A stretch of DNA of 64,000 bases from Prochlorococcus sp. AG-347-E23 (lineage in GTDB: Bacteria; Cyanobacteriota; Cyanobacteriia; PCC-6307; Cyanobiaceae): the NCBI GenBank assembly GCA_003281685.1, contig QCBH01000003.1, positions 48,234 to 112,233 of the forward strand, given 5' to 3'. A program made the position numbers and the translations under genes. The notes beneath the pieces are model-generated. The model did not search any database and had not been told where the DNA came from. It saw only the letters and a program-made list of their open reading frames with translations. Every line of letters begins with the position of its first letter. The first letter of the stretch is position 1. Shown one piece after another: positions 12,211-22,783 of this stretch.

Positions 12211-13329
12211 CTAGCCTTTCGTCAAGTATTGTTGATCTTTGTTTTGTCCTTGCCACACAGGAACTGTGAAATGGAAGCAAGAACCTAAACCAATTTCAGA
12301 TACAACCCATATTCTTCCTCCATGGACTTGTACTATTCTCCTGCATACTGATAACCCTATGCCAAATCCTGAAGTTCCTTCAGAAGTCTGAGGAAGCCTA
12401 ACTCTATCAAGAAAAATTCTTTTTTGTTCACTCAAAGGAATACCTGCACCTTTGTCACAAATTGTTATTTCAACCCATTGATTTGTCTTATGAATCATGG
12501 TGATTTTAATTGATCCACAGTCTTTAGAAAATTTAATAGCATTTTCAATTAAATTTAAAAATACTTGCCTCATTCTCCTTTGATCTGCAAATACACTTGG
12601 CAAATCAGATGGAATATCAGTATCAATTTCAATATTCCTTAATCTCCAGAATTTTTCTAATTCGAGTATTACTTCAGCACTAATACTACCTAAATCAATT
12701 TTCTGAGGATTAAATAACGCTTCCCATTTAGTTGTTCCAACCTCTAAAAGATCCTGAGATAGAAGTTCAATCTCTTCAAGACGTCTTTTAATTACTTCTT
12801 GCAATTTTGAAATATCTATTTGTCCGAGTTTTTGACTTTGCACAGCCAAAGTGGCAGCCGTTAAAGGTGTCCTTAATTCATGAGCGACCATTCTTAATAA
12901 TCTTTCCTGAGATTCAATTCTTTTTGTTAATGTCTCATTCTCTTGTCTTAAAACAAGGAGTTCATCTTCCAATAGAAATTCTTTTTGGGTCCTTGTTGAA
13001 TCAATTTTAGATGGTTGTAAATTAATCCCAAGATTTTTTGTTAAGCCTTCCTGTGTCCACCTTGGCAACCATTTTTGCAACTGAGAGAAAATATTACTTC
13101 CAGCAAATATTTGTTTTGGAGCTGGGGAAACTTTAATAAGAGCAGGAATAGCTACTAATCTGTGTAATTCAAGTAATTCAGGTTGCTCTGTCGGCTCAGA
13201 AATCTGGAGAGATATCTCGAATTCACAATCATCTGATTCTAAATAAGATATTAAAGACTTAATATCATTACTAGAAAGTTGATTTCTAGCTGCCACAAGT
13301 ATTAACTTTAACTCTTTTTTATCATTCAA
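12211..13329 (-). CDS. sasA: Adaptive-response sensor histidine kinase SasA (KaiB-like N-terminus)
   Basis: KaiB-like [18 protein letters not shown]-box [18 protein letters not shown] and GFGIGL motifs. Confidence 0.9.
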   Translation of the reverse strand: MNDKKELKLILVAARNQLSSNDIKSLISYLESDDCEFEISLQISEPTEQPELLELHRLVAIPALIKVSPAPKQIFAGSNIFSQLQKWLPRWTQEGLTKNLGINLQPSKIDSTRTQKEFLLEDELLVLRQENETLTKRIESQERLLRMVAHELRTPLTAATLAVQSQKLGQIDISKLQEVIKRRLEEIELLSQDLLEVGTTKWEALFNPQKIDLGSISAEVILELEKFWRLRNIEIDTDIPSDLPSVFADQRRMRQVFLNLIENAIKFSKDCGSIKITMIHKTNQWVEITICDKGAGIPLSEQKRIFLDRVRLPQTSEGTSGFGIGLSVCRRIVQVHGGRIWVVSEIGLGSCFHFTVPVWQGQNKDQQYLTKG

Positions 13330-13436
13330 ATGATTTCCTCAGAAGTGTTGAAAAGCTGTTAATCCTTATAAACACCTTAAGATATTTTTTTTTATTTTAC
13401 AGATAAGCTATGAAATAAGGTAGGACTAATTTATAT

Positions 13437-13976
13437 ATGGTTGCTATTAATCCAAAGAAGAATTTACATTTTGGTGAGAATCCACCCGAAATCAACTTAA
13501 ATAGTAATTTAAAAAGGTGGTTTTCGAGAAATATTGGATTATGGAAATCCAATAGAACATATTTTCTTGATGAAACACAAAAAACGTATAATTTGAATAT
13601 GAATATAAATATTCAAGCTCTAGAGAGTAAATCAGAATGGGAGTCGCATTATCAATTCACTTGGTACCCAGAAAAAAAATATGATTTCTTTGATGAGAAT
13701 CCCCATTATAAAGAAAGAGGTGAGATGCGTGCATTTTTAAAAGGCCATCAACTTAAGAGGGAAAATTTTTATTTAAGTAATGAAGAAGGTGTATCAAATA
13801 TTAAGCAAGTAGACGAACACGAAATGATTTTTGAATCATCTTACAAAGATTGGTATATTCTTGAACATACAAGACTTGTAGACTCTGACAATTATAGGTT
13901 TAGGGTTATATATTCATGGAACAAAAATAAGCTGAAAATAGTAGAGAATCATCACGAAATTAAAATTATTAAATAA
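13437..13976 (+). CDS. Hypothetical protein, possibly CpcS/CpeS-like beta-barrel
   Basis: 179-aa ORF; WFSRNIGLWKSNRT and terminal EIK resemble S-type bilin lyase motifs (by eye only). Confidence 0.6.
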   Translation: MVAINPKKNLHFGENPPEINLNSNLKRWFSRNIGLWKSNRTYFLDETQKTYNLNMNINIQALESKSEWESHYQFTWYPEKKYDFFDENPHYKERGEMRAFLKGHQLKRENFYLSNEEGVSNIKQVDEHEMIFESSYKDWYILEHTRLVDSDNYRFRVIYSWNKNKLKIVENHHEIKIIK

Positions 13977-14048
13977 ATTCTTTTGGCAGATTTAGTTATA
14001 AAAATAAAAAATGTTATCTTTAGTATATGAATTTAAAATAAATCAAAT

Positions 14049-14483
14049 ATGGGTTTAAAAATATCAAAAATTTTTGCAATCTCCCTAATTTTTTCATCTT
14101 TTTTGCTTGATATAAATAATGAATTTAATAATTTAAATGCAAATGTTAAAAGTTTGCCTGCAAATAAAAATGATTTAGATTTATATCATGGGATGGGTGT
14201 TTCATTTCTATGTAATGCAACAAGAAAAGGATTTGATTTAGATTTCCCAAAAACATTAAACGTTGCCTCAGCAACTTTCGCATCTGTAGTTTCTCAAAAA
14301 CATGGAGGGAAAATAATAGAAAGAAAAAAAGAACAAACAGTTGATTTGAAGAAATTACAATTTATTGCATCTCTACAATTAGTAGAGTCAGCTCTTCAAG
14401 TGTGTCCTGATAATGTGCCTGAAAAGATAGAAAAACAATTTAAGATTGAAACTGAGAGACTCAAGAAATTACAAGGATTGTAA
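14049..14483 (+). CDS. Hypothetical secreted protein
   Basis: N-terminal signal-like hydrophobic segment; two Cys. Confidence 0.7.
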   Translation: MGLKISKIFAISLIFSSFLLDINNEFNNLNANVKSLPANKNDLDLYHGMGVSFLCNATRKGFDLDFPKTLNVASATFASVVSQKHGGKIIERKKEQTVDLKKLQFIASLQLVESALQVCPDNVPEKIEKQFKIETERLKKLQGL

Positions 14484-14495
14484 AGAAAATTTCCT

Positions 14496-15491
14496 TTATC
14501 TAAACATAGAACTCACGGAACTTTCTTCGTGGATTCTCCATATAGCTTCCCCCAGCATATTTGCGACGGAAAGAACTTTTAACTGTGGAAAATTATCTTT
14601 ATGTAAAACGGGTATGCTATTGGTCACAATAACTTGTTCGAATAGATTCTTAGTACTTAATCTTTCATAAGAAGGAGGAGAAAATACAGCATGTGATGCA
14701 CATGCGAATATTTTATTAGCTCCTTCTTGTTTTAATAAATTTGCACCAGAACAAATTGTTCCTCCCGTATCTATCATATCGTCTATAAGAATAGCTGTCT
14801 TCCCTTTAACTTCACCAATAACTGTTAGACTTTCCGCGATATTATGTGTCGCTCTCCTTTTATCAATTATAGCCAATGGGGCATCTTTCATTAATTTTGC
14901 AAATGCTCTTGCTCTAGCAACTCCACCTACATCAGGAGAGACGACAACTATTTCTTCTAAATCTAACGTTTCTAGATAATCAATTAACACTGGTGAGCCG
15001 TAAATATGATCGCATGGTATGTCAAAATACCCCTGTATTTGAGCCGAGTGTAAGTCCATAGCAAGAACCCTATCAACTCCTGATTTTTCAAGCAAATTAG
15101 CAGTTAGCTTTGCAGTTATAGACTCTCTTCCTGAGGTCTTTCTATCTGCCCTTGCATATCCAAAATAGGGAATTACAGCCGTTATTTGTCTTGCAGAAGC
15201 TCTCTTGCATGCGTCAACCATAATCATAAGCTCCATCAAACTATCGTTTACAGGAGCACATGTAGGTTGGATAAGGAATACATCACAACCTCTAATAGAT
15301 TGCTGTATCTGGACATAAAGTTCTCCATCAGCAAATCTTTTGGATATTAAAGGTACATTTTCAATCCCTAAGTATGATGCAATTTCTTCAGCTAATTTAG
15401 GATTTGTTGTCCCACTTACTAACCTTAATCTACTATTAGTTAGATTAAAGTTCGACTCTTTACTCTGCATTGTCGTGATGAAACTTGTCAC
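14496..15491 (-). CDS. prs: Ribose-phosphate pyrophosphokinase
   Basis: FADGE, PYFGYARADRK, VSPDVGG and DDMIDTGGT motifs. Confidence 0.97.
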   Translation of the reverse strand: MTSFITTMQSKESNFNLTNSRLRLVSGTTNPKLAEEIASYLGIENVPLISKRFADGELYVQIQQSIRGCDVFLIQPTCAPVNDSLMELMIMVDACKRASARQITAVIPYFGYARADRKTSGRESITAKLTANLLEKSGVDRVLAMDLHSAQIQGYFDIPCDHIYGSPVLIDYLETLDLEEIVVVSPDVGGVARARAFAKLMKDAPLAIIDKRRATHNIAESLTVIGEVKGKTAILIDDMIDTGGTICSGANLLKQEGANKIFACASHAVFSPPSYERLSTKNLFEQVIVTNSIPVLHKDNFPQLKVLSVANMLGEAIWRIHEESSVSSMFR

Positions 15492-15736
15492 GAAATTTGC
15501 ACCATAAAACTATATTCTTATCGTAGTCGTTTATGGGAATTTCGCAAAAAATAATGTCTAGATCTTTTCAAAAGTTAAATCATAAAACTAAATATCTTTT
15601 TTTAAAACAGATTTAATTTTAATGTATATCTATCAAAACAAGTATTAATATTTGTCAATTAAAAAAAATTTGTATATTGTGGAATTTAGAGAATTAAAAA
15701 ACTTTAAGAGTAAAGAAACAAAATATACTTAAAAAC

Positions 15737-17257
15737 ATGCCTAAAGAATCGGTTCTTGCAAAAAAATCATTAGGCTTACTTATGCATCCCTCATGTATTC
15801 CAGGAGGGAGAGTCTGCGGAACTTTTGGTAAAGGAGCTAAAGATTGGATTAAAAAACTACATAAACATGGGATTGAATACTGGCAATTTTTACCCCTTAC
15901 ACCCACTGACTCTACAGGATCTCCATATAGTTCCCCCTCAAGTTTTGCTCTAAACCCATGGTTTTTAGATGTAGACGAATTAATCGAGAAGGAGTTTATC
16001 TTCATTTCAAATAAAGAAGAACTTGGACCTACAAATCAGAATAAAGATAATTTTGATTTTAGTCTTGCGGATGCTTTAACAAAAAAATTAGGTTGCCTCC
16101 TCTTGCAAGGTTGGAGCTCACAATCTGAAAAAACAAAACTCGATTTTTATAAATGGATTAGTAGAAATTCTTGGGTTGAAGATTATGCAACATTTGTTGT
16201 AATTAGAGAGGAGTTTAATATGTTGCCTTGGTGGGAATGGCCTCAAGAATTTAAAAGAAAAAATAACAAGTTCTTAAAATCCTGGATTAAGAAAAAAAGT
16301 GAAGAAATACTTATTAAACAATTAATACAGTGGCATCTTGATGAGCAATGGAGTGCTATTAAAAATTTTGCAAAATCAAAAGATATTAAGCTAATAGGGG
16401 ATTTACCTTTTTATGTCTCTAGGGACAGTGCAGATGTATGGAGTAATAAATCATTATTTTCAATTTTTAAAAATGGAGATTTAATATTTCAAAGTGGTGT
16501 TCCTCCTGATTATTTTTCATCAACAGGGCAATTATGGGGCACACCAACTTACTTTTGGTCAAAACATAAGAGGACTAATTTCAATTGGTGGAGAAGAAGA
16601 TTTCAAAGGCAATTTGAACTTGTGGACATATTGAGATTTGATCATTTCAGGGGTTTAGCGGGTTACTGGAGAGTTAATGGCAATTCTAAAACGGCAATTA
16701 TTGGAAAATGGATAAATTCTCCAGGTAGAACACTATTAAATAAAGTAAAAAAGGATCTAGGTTCTAACTATCTACCAATTATTGCTGAGGATCTTGGAGT
16801 AATAACACCAGATGTAGAGAAACTAAGGAAAATTTTTGAACTGCCCGGCATGAAAATATTACAATTCGCATTTGATGGTAATGAAGATAATCCTTATTTG
16901 CCTAAGAATATTGAAGGAGAAAATTGGGTTGTTTATACAGGTACTCATGACAACTCTACTTCTTTATCATGGTGGGAATATTTAGATTATGAATCCCAAA
17001 AAAGAATAAAAGATGAGTATAAATTTTCAGAAAATCCTTCTTGGGATTTAATAGAAATTGGGATGAAAACAAGCGCTAATCTCTTTATCGCTCCGATGCA
17101 AGATCTATTATCTCTAGATGATTCAAGTAGACTAAACAAACCTGGCACCACAAAGAATAACTGGAAATGGAAGTTAAATCGATCTTTAGAAGAAATAGAA
17201 GATAATATAAAAATCTTTAGTGAGCTAGGAATTAATTATGGAAGAACTCGAAAGTAG
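15737..17257 (+). CDS. malQ: 4-alpha-glucanotransferase (amylomaltase, GH77)
   Basis: SPYSSPSSFA, RFDHFRG, IAEDLG and YTGTHDN motifs. Confidence 0.95.
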   Translation: MPKESVLAKKSLGLLMHPSCIPGGRVCGTFGKGAKDWIKKLHKHGIEYWQFLPLTPTDSTGSPYSSPSSFALNPWFLDVDELIEKEFIFISNKEELGPTNQNKDNFDFSLADALTKKLGCLLLQGWSSQSEKTKLDFYKWISRNSWVEDYATFVVIREEFNMLPWWEWPQEFKRKNNKFLKSWIKKKSEEILIKQLIQWHLDEQWSAIKNFAKSKDIKLIGDLPFYVSRDSADVWSNKSLFSIFKNGDLIFQSGVPPDYFSSTGQLWGTPTYFWSKHKRTNFNWWRRRFQRQFELVDILRFDHFRGLAGYWRVNGNSKTAIIGKWINSPGRTLLNKVKKDLGSNYLPIIAEDLGVITPDVEKLRKIFELPGMKILQFAFDGNEDNPYLPKNIEGENWVVYTGTHDNSTSLSWWEYLDYESQKRIKDEYKFSENPSWDLIEIGMKTSANLFIAPMQDLLSLDDSSRLNKPGTTKNNWKWKLNRSLEEIEDNIKIFSELGINYGRTRK

Positions 17258-17270
17258 AATTTATTAAAAA

Positions 17271-17765
17271 TTATTTATCAATTATTTGATTTTCAATATT
17301 TTGAATCTTTATAATATTTACATTTTGAATAAAGTATCTCTTTAATACAAATATAGAAAAAACTAATATAAAAAAATATAAAACACTTCCTTGCCATGTA
17401 TTGATAAGATCAAATTTCTTGAACAGAAAATCCTTCCCCCCTTTCTTTAAAATTTTTCTCTCTCTGACAGCTAATTTTAATAAAGTATTTTTTTTTAATA
17501 CTAAACATTCCTCTAATTTAATTAATATAGATCTTATAAAAGGATACTCTGGCCTAATATTTTTATTATTATTTTCAATAGAATCAATTATTCGTTCAGG
17601 AATTTTTGAAATATATGACAATTCTTTTACTGTAAGTTTTTGTTGAATTCTTGCTTCTTTGACCAATTTTGCAATTTCTATATATTGATCAACAAATCCA
17701 GGAATAATATCTTTATTTTTTTCAAATTTTTTATTAATTAAAAAAAGATTTTTCAAAATATTCAT
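17271..17765 (-). CDS. Helix-turn-helix protein with C-terminal TM (RodZ-like)
   Basis: XRE-like HTH (VKEARIQQKLTVKELSYISKI) followed by a hydrophobic helix. Confidence 0.65.
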   Translation of the reverse strand: MNILKNLFLINKKFEKNKDIIPGFVDQYIEIAKLVKEARIQQKLTVKELSYISKIPERIIDSIENNNKNIRPEYPFIRSILIKLEECLVLKKNTLLKLAVRERKILKKGGKDFLFKKFDLINTWQGSVLYFFILVFSIFVLKRYFIQNVNIIKIQNIENQIIDK

Positions 17766-17878
17766 TCAACATACCCAATCTAATTAATCCTTTTTCTAAT
17801 CATTTTTTATAGTTTTATTATTATCAATTCTAATCGAATTAAAATAATAAGTAAATTTAATAGACATAAATATAGAAA

Positions 17879-19534
17879 CTAAACTGTAGAAATGATATTT
17901 TGCACTGCACTTTTTGCAATATTCAGAGGGCTAAAAGTATCTCTAATTAAAGCTAAGAGTTTTTTAGCATCAGTAAATTCTAATTTTTCATCTTTTATAA
18001 GGCTTAAAAGAAGATTCTTCCTAACTTCGGATCCTTTTTTACTTACAAATAATTTCAACCCAGCGTTCGCAACTGGCATGAGGTCTGAATTAATATTCTC
18101 AGAATCTTTAAATAAAATATTTAATAAACTTTCAACTTTTTCTACTTGAATTTGACCTTTTTTATCAAAAACGACTTCTAAAAGGATTTCTAAAATCTCT
18201 TCAGAATTATCGGTAAGTAGTTTTTTAGCAATATATGGATAAGCAATTTTTAAAATTTTAAATTCAGGATCTAGTCTTAGTGCTAAACCTTCTTGACTAA
18301 CAACTGCTCTAATTATTAAGGCAAACCTACTGGGCACTCTGAAAGGATAAGAATACATTAGTTTTGAGAATTTATCAGTAACATTTTTAAGATTAAAATT
18401 ACCAACTTCGGCACCTAGAGATCCTCCAAGAACTTCTTTTAATGGTTCAACAAGTTTTTGAAGATCTTGTTCTTTGGTTAAAAAACCTAATTTCTGGAAA
18501 TCTTCTGCCAGAAGATAATATTCTTCGTTGATTATGTGAACAATTGCCTTAATTAGAGTAAGTCTATCTGAATTTGTAATAGTATCCATCATTCCGAAAT
18601 CAACATAAGCTAAATACCCGCAATCTGCATTTCCTCCTTTGAGAGCAAACATATTTCCTGGATGCGGGTCTGCATGAAAATATCCAAATTCAAATAATTG
18701 CTGCAATCCACTGATGACACATGTTTTTATAAAAGAAGCAGGTATTAAGTTATTCTCCTCTAGTAAAGCTCGATCTCTTAACTTAACTCCATCAATCCAA
18801 GAGGTTGTGATAATCCTTTTAGACGAAAACTGTTTTTCTAATTTAGGAATAAAAATATTTGGGTTTTCTTTAAATAAATTTGCAAACTTCAAAGCATTTT
18901 CGGCCTCTTTTTGATAATCAATTTCATCAAAAAGTGCTTTGCCGAATTCATCTATTATTTCTCCAATTCCAACACCTATATTTAATGGTAAAAGTGGGGA
19001 TAAAAAAGTTGCTAAAAACCTTAAGATTACAACATCCCTTCTTATGAGAAAGTATAAATTTGGCCGCTGTACTTTCACAGCTAGATAAGAATTATTTATT
19101 TTTGCTTTATAAACTTGACCTAGGCTTGCTGAAGCAATAGGACTATCTGGAAACTCTTCAAATAATTCATTAGCAGGTGATCCAAGTTCCTCTTCAATGA
19201 TTTTTAAAGCAATTTTGTGATCAAATGCTGGGAGATTATCTTGTAAATTTGTAAGTTCTGTAAGCCAATCTTGTCTAACAAGATCTGGTCTAGTTGAGAG
19301 TGCTTGCCCTAACTTGATAAAACAAGGTCCTAAATCTGTTATTACATCAAAAAGATATTTCGAGAGATTTTTTTGTACATTTTTATTTTTACTGTTACCT
19401 TGAAAAAGTATTCTTAAAAAAAGAAAAATAAAAGTTAAAAGGATATATAAAATTCTTGGTATAAAAATCCATGGTCTCAAAATCAACCAAAAAAAGTCAT
19501 TTTTTGCTGAATATTTCGAATAAGATCCTTTCAT
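17879..19534 (-). CDS. ABC1/AarF/UbiB atypical kinase
   Basis: GPCFIKLGQALSTRPD, ASASLGQVYKA, VKVQRP, HADPHPGN and DFGMM motifs. Confidence 0.93.
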   Translation of the reverse strand: MKGSYSKYSAKNDFFWLILRPWIFIPRILYILLTFIFLFLRILFQGNSKNKNVQKNLSKYLFDVITDLGPCFIKLGQALSTRPDLVRQDWLTELTNLQDNLPAFDHKIALKIIEEELGSPANELFEEFPDSPIASASLGQVYKAKINNSYLAVKVQRPNLYFLIRRDVVILRFLATFLSPLLPLNIGVGIGEIIDEFGKALFDEIDYQKEAENALKFANLFKENPNIFIPKLEKQFSSKRIITTSWIDGVKLRDRALLEENNLIPASFIKTCVISGLQQLFEFGYFHADPHPGNMFALKGGNADCGYLAYVDFGMMDTITNSDRLTLIKAIVHIINEEYYLLAEDFQKLGFLTKEQDLQKLVEPLKEVLGGSLGAEVGNFNLKNVTDKFSKLMYSYPFRVPSRFALIIRAVVSQEGLALRLDPEFKILKIAYPYIAKKLLTDNSEEILEILLEVVFDKKGQIQVEKVESLLNILFKDSENINSDLMPVANAGLKLFVSKKGSEVRKNLLLSLIKDEKLEFTDAKKLLALIRDTFSPLNIAKSAVQNIISTV

Positions 19535-19598
19535 TAAAGTTAAAAAATATCAAAAAAGAATATCATCTATTCCATTCTATATATGTCAATAATACTTT

Positions 19599-20996
19599 AT
19601 GAGCATTTCATCTTTTCTAACTAAAAAGTTTTTAAAATCTTTATTCTTTCCCTCTCATAACAGAGGGGCTGCTTTGCCAAAGAAATTGGTGAAGTTATTA
19701 AAAAATCCGCCTGGGTATTGGGACCTGCCCGAACTACCAGAAATAGGATCACCACTATCACAAAGCGGATTAATTGCTAAATCTCAAAGAGAATTCTCTG
19801 ACAAATTTGGGGCGAAAGGATGTTTTTTTGGAGTTAATGGAGCTTCAGGATTAATACAATCAGCAGTGATTTCAATGGCAAATCCAGGCGAAAATATCTT
19901 GATGCCTAGAAATGTTCATATAAGTGTTATAAAAATCTGTGCGATGCAGAATATAAATCCAATATTTTTTGATCTAGAAATTTCAACCGAAACGGGGCAT
20001 TACAAACCAATTACAAAAATTTGGTTGGAAAATGTATTTAAAAAGTTAAATTTTGATGAGAATAAAATTGCAGGGGTGATTCTTGTAAATCCCTCTTATC
20101 ATGGCTATGCCGGAGATTTAGAGGCTTTAATAGATTGTTGTCATCAAAAAAAATTACCTGTTTTAGTTGATGAAGCTCATGGTTCATATTTACTTTTTTG
20201 TGAAAATCTTAATTTGCCAAAACCCGCCTTATCATCAAATGCTGATTTAGTGGTTAATTCATTGCATAAGTCGCTCAATGGATTAACTCAAACGGCTTTA
20301 CTTTGGTACAAAGGGAATCTAATAAATGAAGGTAATTTAATCAAAAATATTAATTTGTTGCAAACTACTAGTCCAAGTTCCTTATTACTTTCTTCTTGTG
20401 AAGAGTCTATTAGAGACTGGCTTAATAAAAAAAGTTTATCAAAATATCAAAAAAGAATTTTAGAGGCAAAAAGTATTTACAAAAAATTAATTCAAAAAAA
20501 TATTCCTCTCATTGAAACTCAAGACCCCTTAAAAATTGTAGTAAATACCTCTAAGGCTGGAATTGATGGTTTTACTGCTGATAAATTTTTTTATAGAAAT
20601 GGCCTTATCGCTGAATTGCCAGAAATGATGACTCTCACTTTTTGTTTAGGATTTGGAAATCAAAAAGATTTTATTAATTTATTTGAAAAGTTATGGAAAA
20701 AATTATTATTAAATTCCAAAAAATTAAAAAGTTTAGAAGTGCTCAAATCGCCCTTTAAATTAGTTCAAGCACCCGAAATCGAAATTGGAATTGCTTGGAG
20801 AAGTAAGACTCGGAGTATTCCTTTCTCAAAATCATTAAATAAAATATCTGGAGATATTATTTGTCCTTATCCCCCTGGGATACCTCTACTAGTTCCTGGC
20901 GAAAAAGTTGACATGGATAGGTTTGATTGGATAAATAATCAAAGTTTATGCAACAAAGATCTGGTAAATTTTAATATAAGAGTCTTAGAAACGTAG
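19599..20996 (+). CDS. Orn/Lys/Arg decarboxylase family PLP enzyme
   Basis: VDEAHG, SLHKSL (PLP lysine), TTSPS and PYPPGIP motifs. Confidence 0.9.
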   Translation: MSISSFLTKKFLKSLFFPSHNRGAALPKKLVKLLKNPPGYWDLPELPEIGSPLSQSGLIAKSQREFSDKFGAKGCFFGVNGASGLIQSAVISMANPGENILMPRNVHISVIKICAMQNINPIFFDLEISTETGHYKPITKIWLENVFKKLNFDENKIAGVILVNPSYHGYAGDLEALIDCCHQKKLPVLVDEAHGSYLLFCENLNLPKPALSSNADLVVNSLHKSLNGLTQTALLWYKGNLINEGNLIKNINLLQTTSPSSLLLSSCEESIRDWLNKKSLSKYQKRILEAKSIYKKLIQKNIPLIETQDPLKIVVNTSKAGIDGFTADKFFYRNGLIAELPEMMTLTFCLGFGNQKDFINLFEKLWKKLLLNSKKLKSLEVLKSPFKLVQAPEIEIGIAWRSKTRSIPFSKSLNKISGDIICPYPPGIPLLVPGEKVDMDRFDWINNQSLCNKDLVNFNIRVLET

Positions 20997-21005
20997 CAAT
21001 TTCAT

Positions 21006-21863
21006 ATGAGATTAAAAAGCGGATTACTTATAGGAACTTTTGGTTTAATTGTTGTTTTGTTGGGGGGATGGTTTTTTACATTGGCAACTGCGTTACTTAC
21101 ATATTTAGCATTATTAGAATTTTTTAGAATGGCAGAATTTAAAGGAATAAGACCAGCTACAAAAACCACATTATTTTCATCCTTTATTATTATAGTTTCT
21201 ACTTATCTTGAGACCATTGGAGTGCTTGAAGGAGAAATTTCAAATTCAATTTTGCCAATCTGTTCAGTTGGGATATGCACTTGGTTACTTTTGCAACCAA
21301 AACCTGGGACAATTTCAGATATTGCAGCCTCTATTTTTGGGTTATTCTATTTAGGTTTTTTACCTAGTTACTGGATTAAGTTGAGGGGACTAGATTCAGT
21401 GATAATAAGTTCAGATAAGGGTTTTATGTCGTTTGAGAACTTATCAAATACTTCAGGTCTTCATTTAACTTTAACTTCTTGTTTTTTAATCGTAGCAAGT
21501 GATATTGGTTCTTATTTCATTGGGAAGTCATTTGGTAAAACATCACTATCTCCAATATCTCCGAGCAAAACTATAGAAGGTTTAATTGGAGGAATATCCT
21601 GTTCAACTTTACTAGCAATATTTTTCGCATTTTTAATGAATTGGGAAAATCCATTAATTTTTGGAATAATTTATGGAATTTCAATTTCTCTTATGGCATT
21701 AGTAGGTGATTTAATTGAATCTATGATGAAGAGAGATGCAAAAATAAAAGATTCCGGAACTTTTTTACCGGGACATGGAGGAATTCTTGACAGAATTGAC
21801 AGTTACATCTTTACTCCATCTGTTTTGTATTATATTTTTGTAATTCTCAAGTATCTAAATTAA
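21006..21863 (+). CDS. cdsA: Phosphatidate cytidylyltransferase
   Basis: SPSKTIEG, KDSGTFLPGHGGILDRIDS motifs. Confidence 0.95.
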   Translation: MRLKSGLLIGTFGLIVVLLGGWFFTLATALLTYLALLEFFRMAEFKGIRPATKTTLFSSFIIIVSTYLETIGVLEGEISNSILPICSVGICTWLLLQPKPGTISDIAASIFGLFYLGFLPSYWIKLRGLDSVIISSDKGFMSFENLSNTSGLHLTLTSCFLIVASDIGSYFIGKSFGKTSLSPISPSKTIEGLIGGISCSTLLAIFFAFLMNWENPLIFGIIYGISISLMALVGDLIESMMKRDAKIKDSGTFLPGHGGILDRIDSYIFTPSVLYYIFVILKYLN

Positions 21864-21875
21864 TTAAAAAATCTT

Positions 21876-22775
21876 TTATTCCAAAAAATAATCTTGGATA
21901 ATTTTACTAGATAATGATGGAAGATCTATATGTGGAAGATGACCACAATTTTGTAACCCTACAAAATTTAATTTTTCAATATTTCTTATTTTTTTAAGCT
22001 CTTTTTTTCCAAGAATTCGATCATTTTCTCCACATAAAGTTTTAATTGGCATATTTTGGATATATTTTTGAGTCCCTGCAAACCCACCACTTTTTGCAAA
22101 TGATGCAAGTGAATTCCTCCATCCTTTACAACCTAAATGAATTGAGGCAATTTGCTCTTCCATCTTACCGACGCATTCATCTGGAAAAGCAAATGCTTGC
22201 CTACAAAGACTTTTTCTGACCTGAGGCAATCCAAGAAATGAGGCGCCAACTTGGTTAAGAGGGAAAGGGATACTCTTAGGTTCTCCAAACAATCCGGCGG
22301 GGGACAAAAGGATAATTTTATCAATAGAATCAGGAATTTCAAAAGCAAGTTTTAAAGCTGTTGAGCCTCCCATAGAGGCTCCAATAATTTTTAGATTCTT
22401 TGTTATCTTTAAGATTTTAAGGAGATCAATTAAATGTGAAATTATTTTTGAGGTATTGAATTCATTTGTTGCGCACCTAGGACTAAAACCAAAACCCAGC
22501 AGATCAGGAACTATAACTTGAAAATTTCTTTTTAGTGATTTATATATTCTCCTGAATTCTAAAAAACTACTATCAAAGCCATGTAGAAGAAGAATAGGTT
22601 GACCTTTCCCTCCAATAACTACTGGAAATTTTAAGGAGTTCCAGTTTTGGTTGAGTTTTATCCACTTAACATCATTTGCCAAATAAAGACCTAAAGGATC
22701 TAATAGTGACAATTTGGCACTATCGAAAAATTTTGCATTTAAATCACTTAATTGTTCAAAATTGATTTTAGTCAA
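21876..22775 (-). CDS. Alpha/beta hydrolase
   Basis: LLHGFDSS, PDLLGFG, GASMGG nucleophile elbow and GHLPH motifs. Confidence 0.88.
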   Translation of the reverse strand: MTKINFEQLSDLNAKFFDSAKLSLLDPLGLYLANDVKWIKLNQNWNSLKFPVVIGGKGQPILLLHGFDSSFLEFRRIYKSLKRNFQVIVPDLLGFGFSPRCATNEFNTSKIISHLIDLLKILKITKNLKIIGASMGGSTALKLAFEIPDSIDKIILLSPAGLFGEPKSIPFPLNQVGASFLGLPQVRKSLCRQAFAFPDECVGKMEEQIASIHLGCKGWRNSLASFAKSGGFAGTQKYIQNMPIKTLCGENDRILGKKELKKIRNIEKLNFVGLQNCGHLPHIDLPSLSSKIIQDYFLE

Positions 22776-22783
22776 AAAAATTT

